Origin: Octopus bimaculoides
Taxonomy: Eukaryota
DNA: 45,423 nucleotides
Assembly: GCF_001194135.2 (NCBI RefSeq)
Contig: NC_068988.1
Coordinates: 73,172,805-73,218,227 of the forward strand
Direction: 5' to 3'
Of the stretch, positions 13,473-23,613 are shown in pieces (position 1 is the first letter of the stretch; each line of letters starts with the position of its first letter). Made by a program: the position numbers and the translations under genes. The notes under the pieces are model-generated. The model made no database searches. It saw nothing but the letters and a program-made list of their open reading frames with translations, and was not told where the DNA came from.

Positions 13473-13626
13473 TGTTGTGATGAGAGTTACGATGTCCCCT
13501 TGTGAGAAATAGACTGATCTGAGTAAAGATAATTGGTAATGATCTGAGTAAGTTCAGAGTTTGGAGTTGAGTGAAGTTCGTGTTAGTTTGCAGTGAAGTC
13601 GGAAGGTGTCGGTTGGTTAGTTCACA
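13473..13626 (+). repeat. 5' LTR (3' part deleted together with PBS and gag start)
   Basis: Aligns to 15645-15798 with about 24 differences over ~155 columns (hand count), then runs directly into gag-like sequence. Confidence 0.9.
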
Positions 13627-15644
13627 ATTTGTTGAAAAGAAATAATGGAATTATTGTCTAACATATTCAGTGATAAAACTTCTCTATTTAACATTCGAAT
13701 GGCTCGTTGGAACATAGCGAAAAATAGAATGATGATTTTATCACATATGCAGGAACAGTCAACAGGATGTGTGAAAGTTTTAAACTCAAAGAACTTACAC
13801 TTAAGATGTCAAGTGTCTTTTTTTCGTACAAGGCCTTACAGCAAGCAAAGATACAGAAATTCGGGCACGAATTCTTTCTAAATTGGAACAAGCGAACCAA
13901 GATCTAACCTTACAGTCTGTGGCAGAAGAATACCAAAGGGTGGTAAATCTGAAATATCATGTAGAAAAAATTCAAGAAAAGGATTCCTCAAAAATACAGT
14001 TATGCCAACCGGAAAAGTACAATAAAAAAAAAAGAGCACCATGTCCTAATCTGTTATGGATGTGGGATGGGGCATACATTTCAGAAAAGACTGTCCATTC
14101 AAAAATCAAAAATGTTACAGTTGCAAAAGAATTGGTCACAAGAGTTCACACTGCAGAACAAAATTATGAAGGTCAAACATTAAAAATCCTAGAGTGATCT
14201 CAGCAGAAACAAAAATTGTTTCCCAAATAAGGAAATTCATACATGTAAAAATAAATGGAATACATATTAAACTTCAATTGGATACTGGAAGTGATATTTC
14301 AATAATAAATATGGACACACGGAAGAAAATAGGGAAACCTATGTTGAGAAAAACAGTGAAATCTGTTCGTAGTGTGATGGGCAACAAATTACATTTCATA
14401 GGTGAAATGTGGACTCATGTCACATTTTGAGGGTAAACATGCAAGGCAAAAGTCTTCATTGTTAAAAGTGCAACTAATCTGGTTAGAATTATTCGATTTA
14501 TAGGACCTCCCCATAAATCTCTATTGTAGAAACGTAAATAGTTGTCCCTCTAAAAATAATTCATCTGAAGAGTTAAAGAGAAAATTTTTTAAAATGTTTC
14601 TGCAAGTACTCTTGGACAAACTAGGTCTATGCACAAAGACTGAGAGCCCATGGTCCAGGATACATATTGACTTTGCTGGACCAGTGAATGGTGCATACTA
14701 TCTAATCATTGTGGATAGCTATACAAAGTGGCCAGAGGTATGCAGGTGTAATAAACCTACAGAAAAGACAACAATAAAGTTCTTACTCGAGTTATTTATT
14801 TGATATGATATTTCAGGCACATTAGTTTCAGATAATGGAACACAATTCATAGGATATGAATTAAGAAATTTCTGCAAAATATATGCCATAAAGTACATCT
14901 TTATCACACCCTACCACCTGAGGTCAAATGAGCAGGTGGAAAGATTTGTTGACATGTTCAAAAGAGCTCTAAAAAAACTAGCAATGAGCTAGATAATGAC
15001 AAGGGACTAATGAAATTTTTGAGAATATATAGAATAATGCGAAATCCAAATACTAATTCAGGAAAGTCACCAGCAGAGTTAATGTTCACGCGTAAAATAA
15101 AATTGATCTTCGATAAATTATTGATTACAAAACATTTGACAGTAGGAGATAAAGTTCATTTTAAAAATTATAAAAATGGTAAAGAAGGTTGGGAGGATGG
15201 TTGTGTAATCAAAAGATTAGGTAATATGATGATTAAAGGACAATGTTCGGAACATAAGAGACACCTTAACCAGTTAAAGATGAGACATACAGAAGAACAA
15301 AGAGTAATACTAATGGAAGTCTTCTATGATATGCTTGAAGCGCCAGCACTGGGAGATATTGAACCCTGTAGAACTAACTTCAGAAAATGAAAACAGACTG
15401 AATATCTGGAAGAAATACCTAAACGAAAAAGATATTAAATTTTCAAAAAAAAACAGTGCTAACAAGAGTGCTTAGTACAACGAAAAGAAAAAGTGCTGTG
15501 TTCAACGAGCAATACTACCTTAAAAGTCGGCCAACAATTTAGATACACCAGCTATAAAAAAAAAGAGGGGTAAGTGCTGGAAAGAAAAAAATAAAAAAAA
15601 GAAATTCCACTTTCTCACAGTAGTCGAAATCTCAAAAGGGGAAA

Positions 15645-15901
15645 TGTTGTGATGAGAATCATGATGACCCCTTGCAAGAGATAGACTGGTTTGAGTAAAG
15701 TATAAATAGTAATGATCCAAGTAAGTTCAGAGTTCGGAGTCAAGTGAAGTTCATGTTAGTTCACAGTGAAGTCAGAGGTGTTGGTTGATTAGTTCACAAG
15801 GAATATTGATTGTTGGTTCATAAAGAGATTTGTTAGTTCGTTACATTATTTTTATTGTTGTCTGGTTATCTTATTTATTATAAACAAATCACATGACAAC
15901 A
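15645..15901 (+). repeat. 3' LTR (257 bp, complete)
   Basis: TG...CA termini with a 6-bp terminal inverted repeat, preceded by aaaaggggaaa and followed by the TSD. Confidence 0.9.
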
Positions 15902-16619
15902 ATGGGTATCAGCACTAGTATTGCAAACACATTGAGGTATATTGTCATTGTAAGAGGAAAGTTCTGACAGTCACATTTTTCAAAACTCTGGTGTAATATT
16001 CTCAGATCACTGTCTACATTCACAGCACCTTCATATATATTTTCATTAATGCCTAGGTATTTGTAGCATTCTTTGTGTAGGACAGGAGAGATAGAGAAAG
16101 ACCATTGATACACAAGATCTGAGTTTGCTGGACTAATTGCCTACATTCAACAATCATATATGAGCAAATTTTTTGCCTAAATTCCATTTCTATGTCAGCT
16201 GAGGAAACTGTTATTAACACCAGCTGTTTTCTAGCATTGTAATTGTCTTGTCCTTAGTCTCATAAGTAGATAATGGCAAAGTACCACTCTAAATAGTACC
16301 ACACCTGCCACTTATGCCAATGAATGAGAACGATGGAGAAGAGTGGTAGACCATTGTAGAGAAAAAGAAGTAGATTGGTGAGAGAAAGCAACTGGAGTCT
16401 AAAACATGATAGGGCCTTTTACTGCAAAATGACATGAGGTTCACAGGCAAAAGATTGAGAAACATGCCCCTCAGATCAATTCTGGGCGTATATATAATTG
16501 ATAAGGATATAATAGAGCTTATATACAAGTGATAGACACACAATTTGTTGCAGAAGATCACACCAATAATTTACAATAGCACCCAGATGTTGAATGCTTT
16601 TAGCAAGGCCAATGCTTAA

Positions 16620-16838
16620 CCCTTTAGCATTTAAACCAGCCATATCTGCCAAAATATTTTGCCTCTTTTATGGTCAAACTGGCCAGATCCAACATCTTAC
16701 ACTTACCCAACACTGTCATACTAAAAAATTGACAATCACATCATTGAAACCTTGAAGCCACAAAATAATTTATGATAATCCAAGACAATGTGAATAAATA
16801 AGCATTACATTTGACAGAGTAACCTGAATGCTAAAGAA
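16620..16838. mobile_element. piggyBac-like MITE
   Basis: TTAA|CCCTTTAGCATT ... AATGCTAAAGAA|TTAA. The TTAA duplication and CCC-type terminus are piggyBac hallmarks; the right end is slightly mutated. Confidence 0.8.
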
Positions 16839-17058
16839 TTAAGGATGACTTTGGGTGCTCCCAGTTTCAATATAATGAGTAGCTTGTGGTGTATGCGTGC
16901 GAGTAGATGTAATCGCCTTACCTCGGTTTTCCTTTCGTTGACTGCGAGTCTGTCTTGCGGTATCCGATCCTTGAAGCTTGCCCCGACCCAAAGAACACCA
17001 GGAATAGCAGCTGCTTCTTCCAAACCTAGACCGTCGCTTGACACGTCTTGTCCTGACC

Positions 17059-17654
17059 NNNNNNNNNNNNNNNNNNNNNNNNNNNNNNNNNNNNNNNNNN
17101 NNNNNNNNNNNNNNNNNNNNNNNNNNNNNNNNNNNNNNNNNNNNNNNNNNNNNNNNNNNNNNNNNNNNNNNNNNNNNNNNNNNNNNNNNNNNNNNNNNNN
17201 NNNNNNNNNNNNNNNNNNNNNNNNNNNNNNNNNNNNNNNNNNNNNNNNNNNNNNNNNNNNNNNNNNNNNNNNNNNNNNNNNNNNNNNNNNNNNNNNNNNN
17301 NNNNNNNNNNNNNNNNNNNNNNNNNNNNNNNNNNNNNNNNNNNNNNNNNNNNNNNNNNNNNNNNNNNNNNNNNNNNNNNNNNNNNNNNNNNNNNNNNNNN
17401 NNNNNNNNNNNNNNNNNNNNNNNNNNNNNNNNNNNNNNNNNNNNNNNNNNNNNNNNNNNNNNNNNNNNNNNNNNNNNNNNNNNNNNNNNNNNNNNNNNNN
17501 NNNNNNNNNNNNNNNNNNNNNNNNNNNNNNNNNNNNNNNNNNNNNNNNNNNNNNNNNNNNNNNNNNNNNNNNNNNNNNNNNNNNNNNNNNNNNNNNNNNN
17601 NNNNNNNNNNNNNNNNNNNNNNNNNNNNNNNNNNNNNNNNNNNNNNNNNNNNNN
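17059..17654. other. Assembly gap (other gaps at 23175-23244, 35481-35847, 37133-37142, 37760-38505, 44662-44671)
   Basis: Runs of N; most abut microsatellites or young repeats. Confidence 1.
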
Positions 17655-17730
17655 CCGGCGTCTTACTGGGATGCCTCCATTCATATTTGAACACCGCTCT
17701 GTGCGGCACAGACTCTTCCGCTTGTTCGGA

Positions 17731-18606
17731 TCAGGGAGACATGTTGTACCAGTAGACTGCTTCCAGGGGCGAAATGTGCCCCCTTTCAGCCATGGCCTTG
17801 ATCGTCCGATGGTGCCTCTCAACGATTCCATTGCCACTCGGCCTATACGCCGCTCTAAATAATCGTCGTACCTTACACCGGTCAAGCATCTCTCCCAACG
17901 CCGCCCCGTTGTCCATTAGCAGTTCTTCCACGGGACCCCTCTCCAAGAATATCCAGTTCAGAATGCGGGCAATCTCATCGGCAATGCCTGTCCTCAGCTC
18001 CCTCCAAATGGCCAGCCAGCCCAGCCCACAGTCGACCATGCTGAGATACATTTCCTGACGGTAATGCGTCACATCCACAGCCAGTCTCCTCCAGTTGCGC
18101 TCTACTGAGAGGTTCCCCTGCTCGTGCCCACCCAGGGCAGGGTCAATGGACTGGCATCTGTTACATTTCGCGACCACTTTCTTGACATTTCTCCTAGTGA
18201 CGTCAGCATCAACCATTTTCGCCAGATACAGGGTCCTATCCACCCCCAAGTGGTGCATAGCATGTAGCTCCTTCAGTTCGGAGTCACCCAGTCGACACGC
18301 TGCCGCTATCCCTTTCCTTGTTTCCTCCGGTTCCTCCAGCCACGCCCTTTTCACCCTGGTCAGTGCATCCGCCCTGTTTCTTTCCGAAGGCACGAAAACC
18401 ACGTTCAGCTTCAGTCCGAACTCGGCGATCAGCTCTCCCAGAATTCCTAGGCGGCGTTTCACCAACATCTCTGCGGCACCTTTCATCCGGACTCTCTTCT
18501 CGCTGGTAATTACTGTTCCTACCCAGCCGACCACGGTGGCTGAATCCGTCTGGATCTCGATCGAGCGCAGTCCCCATCTCAGGGCCAAGTTCACCCCTTT
18601 CAGCAC
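17731..18606 (-). pseudogene. Gypsy pol fragment: RNase H C-terminus plus integrase (HHCC and D-D-E core)
   Basis: LKGVNLAL..TDSATV; HAMHHLGVDRT...CNRC; VDVTHY, LMDNG, NGIVERHHRTIK. The frame continues past a TGA (probable CGA>TGA) into VPHRAVFKYEWRHP. Confidence 0.92.
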
Positions 18607-19174
18607 CGCATCGGGGGCAGCTCCAGTCTGGAGATAGCGTTACCGAGCGCGGCGCTGAGGCTACGGGTGATTGTGATCGACTATGTGATGGACGGGGTTG
18701 GTGTCGTGTTGGGGATGGGCGCCATAGGCCGTCTTGGTGGCGTTAGGATTGCGGGGGGTGGGGTCACGTTCGAAAAGGGCACGAATCCCGATCGAGGCTC
18801 CCTCTGCCCTTTTTCCCCTTCCGGTCAGCCTCCCCAGACACTGACGTCATACCACATAGCTGATATGTAGTAGATTCATGGACTACTCAGTCCTGAGTTA
18901 AGCAGTAGATTCTCACCTAAATGAAGATAGTCCAACCAATTTGTGCTTTTATTTTTTAAATTATACTTGGTTCCAATTATGTTTTTAACTTATTTTATAT
19001 TGTGTATTATCAAATTTTTAAATGTTCACAATACCACTTTCCTACCCTTCTTTCATTTGAAACAACTTTGTCCTTTGCAATATAGTTTCATAAATCCTAC
19101 AATTTAATGCTATATTTGTGTGCATTTTGAGCCATTGTGGCTAATAAATAATAATTATTATTGTCGTGGGACAG

Positions 19175-19540
19175 GTGGCAAGCTGTCAGTATTACTCAAG
19201 ATGCTTAGTAGCATTTTACATTCTGAGTTCACATCCCAGAGGTTGACTTTGTCCTTCATCTTTTCAAGTTGATAAAATTAAGCACCAATCAAGTAATTGA
19301 CTGTACTCCTCCCCTTAAAAATTACTGGCCTTGTGCCAAAATTTGAAACACTAAGGTGGCAAGCTGGTAGATTTGTTAGCACACCAGACAAAATGCTTAG
19401 TGGCGGTTCCTTAATCTTTATATGAGCTCAAATTCTGCTGAGGTTGACTTTGCCTTTCATCCTTTCAAAATCGATGGAATTAGTATTAGTTAAGTTCTGG
19501 AGTTGATGTAATCAACTGACCCCTTACCACAAAATTTCTT
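19175..19540 (+). mobile_element. Two tandem CpG-eroded SINE copies (second family)
   Basis: Each starts gtggcaagctg and contains gaggttgactttg(t/c)cttcatc. Confidence 0.8.
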
Positions 19541-19735
19541 ACAAAATCATCATCATCATCATCATTATTATTATTATTCAGTAATTTTATTTTTAATACA
19601 TGCTCCCACTGCACTGCTGAGCACAGGTCTGTGTGCCTTGGGTATATACTGTGGTTTGTTTTAGTGTTGTTATTTTTACTATATTGAAAGTGCTTTACAT
19701 AGGACATGTGTGGTGCCTAGCAGTGCAATTTTCTG

Positions 19736-19773
<38 letters not shown>

Positions 19774-19804
19774 GTAAGTCTTGATGTTTTGGTTAGGTAT
19801 TTGT

Positions 19805-20025
19805 ATATTTTTTAACCATACCTAGTGCACCTATTGTTATAAAGATTATTTTTGTCTTCAGGCCACACATTCGAGTTACTGCTATTTCCAGATCTTTGTT
19901 TTTTTAATAGTTTCTCCATTTCTTTCAGAGATACATTGTCATCTGTTGGGACTGGTATGTTGATTAGGAGGCAATTATTTTCTTGGTAAGCAATATCTGG
20001 CCTATTAGCTTTGATTTCAGAACGT
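19805..20025 (-). mobile_element. RLE endonuclease 3' fragment of an R4/Dong-like LINE
   Basis: EIKANRPDIAYQENNCLLINIPVPTDDNVSLKEMEKL, frameshifting into DLEIAVTRM.GLKTKII.ITIGALG, a PD-(D/E)xK RLE signature. Confidence 0.8.
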
Positions 20026-21124
20026 AATGGCACTTGAAATACCGCTAAGCATTTCCCCCATAGCAAATATTTTAAGTGAAATGTCTTTCATTAGGAGAGA
20101 GAGAATATGGTACTATATGTGTTATTTTTTAAATAGAGGAAGAGTAAAAGTCCAAACCCAAATAGTGCGGCACATATGCCATAAGCCGGTTCCACAATAT
20201 TTGAGGAGTAAAGGAGAAACACAAATGACACCAGTGATGGTGTTGATCTCTGGCTAGTAGTTAACTTTTGTAACACAATATGGATAAGTAGTAAGCACAG
20301 ATATCATTTGGCAATATGTAATTTGGGGACAATCAACATGGACATACTTCACATCTAGTTGCAAGACCACAAAATAATACTAGAACTGGGTCCTATAGAG
20401 AGTGCTGAAAGGAAAATCTTGAAACTCAGCATCCAAGGTTGAAAACTCAACTGTTTCATAATTGGAAGCAAAACTCATCCAATTACTTTCCGCACAGAAA
20501 ATCCAAAAGAACAAAAGCAACAACAATTCATGGAATTTGTCAGTTCTAGGGCTATACCAGACGCAACTCGTAAGTAGGCAATTGCAATTGTCCTGTCCCT
20601 ATTTTAACAAGGGCAAGCCATAACTTGTGAAAATAAGTGGTGTCACCCGCAGCAACAACAGCTAGAATCTAACAATTACAAACTAACTCCTCATAGGAGC
20701 ACCACCCGTGCTCACGGAAATTACCGAGAAGTATGTTTATAGAATTCGAGTCAAAACGAAATTACGCCATCACCCCTTCCACTGGAACCAGACAAAAGCT
20801 GAAGGGGATAACAATACTTCTTCAAAAAAAAAAAAAAAAACTCAATGGAAAGAATACTATAAAAATGTGAGGAGGGTCACTGAGAAAGAACCTATAATAT
20901 GAAAGAGAACTGTAAATGACACAGCAAAAATTGCTCTTACTTTATGACGAACTCCAAACAGAGAGGAAAACTACTCTCCACCAAGATCAGAAAAACTTGT
21001 TGCACGAACCTAAATGTTTATGCTACCCAACCTCTGTCCAGAATCTACTGATCCTCTGAATTCCCTTCACACAACCATTCGCCCCAGAAATATAGCAAAT
21101 GTAACAATTACATGCTTCTTGACA

Positions 21125-21151
21125 TGACGTCATTTCCTCCCTCGCTTCCGG
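21125..21151. promoter_or_regulatory. Candidate promoter core: CRE palindrome plus ETS motif in a local CpG peak
   Basis: TGACGTCA at 21125-21132 and GCTTCCGG (CCGGAAGC on minus) at 21144-21151. A minus-strand donor AAA|GTAAGAG lies at 20941/20940. Confidence 0.5.
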
Positions 21152-22947
21152 TCCCGTCTTCGCCCTTCATAAAAGTCAATGTTCTGCGAACTGAAACTAT
21201 ATCCCGATCTGAATGAAATGAAATTCACAGTATTCGCTCAAATAACAAAGTCCTAATAAATTTTTATACAATATACACAAAAAATATCCAAAGAAAGAGA
21301 GGTATTTTCAACAGCATAAAAAGGACAATAATATTTTCAAATTTCAGATAGCTTTTCTAACTATTATATTTCAATGATCCAGGAGACGCTTCACTTTGTT
21401 CAATAGAACACTGACTATCCATGGAATATTTTCTATTTCTAGTAGGTTATAACTACAGCTTCCTCGTTTGATTAATTGATTCCAGCAGGACTGTTGTTTA
21501 CCTAAGATCAGTCCCGATCGGTTAACCCTGACAAGAAAAGGGCTTCGTCTGCGACCATCCTGTGACTTAGAAATAGTAATCAAATCTTTCTCATATCTCA
21601 TTGAACAATGCCACTCTAGATGTACATTGTTTGAAAAAAGTGTGTTTACGGCTGGAATGACTATGACCATTGGCTTACTCAAAGTTGAGCTCCTCTTTCT
21701 CCTCCACCGCTGATTGAAAAACCTGCTCAAACTAAAGGCATTTCTTGTCTTCGTTGGATTAGAAAAATCAGAAAGTGGAAATAACTTGACGATTCGGGTC
21801 ACCAGAATAGGTCTTCCATCTATAGTTCTCCGTTAATGTTCGTCAACGACTATTATATGATACTAAACATTAACTGTGCAAAAACAGCTGCTAATTAGAT
21901 ATAGTACATAAATTTATTGGGTTTAACACACTAAACTTAGCTAAATACCACATAATATGAAGTTACTAAATTTAATGGGAAACTTCTGTTTTAATTGTGA
22001 ATATTCACCTACAGAATTACTACTAAACCTACCCAAACAACTATATCAAATTTATCCATCCAAACTACTATAATAATAAAATCACACCGAAAATACTATA
22101 AAACTATATTAATTACGAAAAGCAAACACGGCAGAAACAAGAGTACAACGGCTGTAAAACTTTTAGAAGTAATAGAATTTCTAAATTATTTCGAATCAAG
22201 AAATCTGAGATTAAAATTTCCTTAGAGCTTGCACAGATAAGATAAGGTAGCAGTTAAAGAAATGAGGACTGTGCTAAATTATAAGTACGGTGAAAACCAA
22301 ATGAGGTTTGCACTAAATTATTGTTAGAAACCCATTATTGGCACTGAATTACGTCTGCAGTATCTTAACTACAACAGTTTATCGAAACAACTTTAGCAAC
22401 TAAGGCGTTCTTGCCATGGCCATTCTGTCTTTCTTTTTACAATCAGAAATTATATCGTCAAATCTATCCATCATATTTAAGACGAGGGGATATGATTTAA
22501 GGGAAATTTGTCTGTAATTTCTTATAAGTTGAGAGTGTATACGAGCTCTATCATAAATTGAGGCTGTAGTAACTATACTACCAAGTAACTAAAGTATAAC
22601 CGTAACAACTATCCTTCTACCACGGCTGTAGTTATAACACTAAATGTGGTAACTATTATTGTAATGGAATGTTGGCATCTAAATTAGTGGTACATATCTT
22701 TTGACGAATAAACTATTACTGTATGAAGTAAACTATAAAAGATATGCATTGGAACACGTAATCTTAGATACATCATACCTGGGAAAAAAAAGTGACAAAA
22801 TGGTTACTGCAACAACCAAGGTGTTTAAGTAAATAAGTATAGGGCTTTCCTATAAGTAGGTTATCTCCCTTGGCTAGGCGGCGCTCCATGTAGATAATTA
22901 AACTTCCGGAGGCTACCCACGCCATTGTTATTGTTTTACGTCTTATC

Positions 22948-23174
22948 ATGGATATAAAGCAGCTTGATGATTCAGCTATCGAAGTACTTACTGTGCCTGA
23001 GTTAAAGAAATATTTAAGATTATATGGACAGTATGTTACTGGAAGAAAGGCGGACTTGACTGAAAGGTTGAAAGGAATAAAAATTCTGTCGATGAAGAAT
23101 GTCAACAAAGTAAATTCATCGGACGATAAGTCTGAAGTATCGGACGATACTTCAGACAGGAATAAGCAGAAGCT
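22948..23174 (+). pseudogene. SAP-domain N-terminus of the transposon-borne protein (runs into the N-gap)
   Basis: Pattern LTVPELKxxLxxxGxxxTGxKADLxxRL matches the SAP consensus. Confidence 0.8.
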
Positions 23175-23244
23175 NNNNNNNNNNNNNNNNNNNNNNNNNN
23201 NNNNNNNNNNNNNNNNNNNNNNNNNNNNNNNNNNNNNNNNNNNN

Positions 23245-23613
23245 CTCTCCCGTATGACATGTACGCATGCTCAGTGACTTGCTTTAACAGTTGCAATCAG
23301 CTGAATGCACATTGCCAGTGACATTTGACATAATTACCTTGTGCTACGGATGAAATCAAAGCAACAGTTAAGGAGTGGCATATTTTACCACGACAGACAC
23401 GTACACAGCATCGAATACCACGATGTGAGTGAAAGCTGCTCTCACTGTATTGTCCGGTGTCTGGTAATCCCTTCGATACCGACATCAAACCAAAAATAGA
23501 ATCCTGACCACAGAGTGTGGGTAATTATGTCAAATGTCACTGGCAATGTGCATTCAGCTGATTGCAACTGTTAAAGCAAGTCACTGAGCATGCGTACATG
23601 TCATACGGGAGAG
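23245..23613. repeat. Perfect 94-bp inverted repeat (23245-23338 / 23520-23613) with 181-bp spacer
   Basis: Base-by-base reverse-complement identity; the left arm starts exactly at the gap edge. Confidence 0.95.

Larger units (their letters stand above)
13473..15901 (+). mobile_element. Ty3/Gypsy (Mag-like) LTR retrotransposon, internally deleted (gag-protease-integrase; RT/RNase H missing)
   Basis: Termini TGTTGT...ACAACA. TSD ATGGG at 13468-13472 and 15902-15906. Purine tract before the 3' LTR. Gag CCHC knuckles (CYGCG..HFRKDC; CYSCKRIGHKSSHC), protease QLDTGSDISII, integrase PWSRIHIDFAGP...SDNGTQF...VERF. Confidence 0.93.
12531..16270 (-). mobile_element. RLE-type (R4/Dong/Hero-like) non-LTR retrotransposon relic, split by the Gypsy insertion at 13473-15901
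   Basis: Right piece: DIEMEF...ECYKYLGINENI...NVFAILVLIP. Left piece: DWSVKDIQSIDIKTNKILTSTGNFHR..LRRREGNRGLRS, KGYAFAIQEEETATKYLMNKRD, a CCHC-knuckle remnant and WWNIPIKT...EVSCPADVNI (RLE). The pieces are contiguous once the Gypsy and one TSD are removed. Confidence 0.8.
16885..18856 (-). mobile_element. Young Ty3/Gypsy LTR element, internally deleted (RNase H-integrase retained), spanning an N-gap
   Basis: Minus-strand termini TGTGGTATG...CATACACCACA. TSD TAGCT at 16880-16884 and 18857-18861. GC- and CpG-rich relative to flanks. Confidence 0.88.

Noticed and set aside
16839-17885. Long ORFs of 227-348 aa
   Set aside because: Artifacts of translating through N-gaps; the same applies to ORFs at 35.3-35.9 kb and 37.7-38.7 kb.
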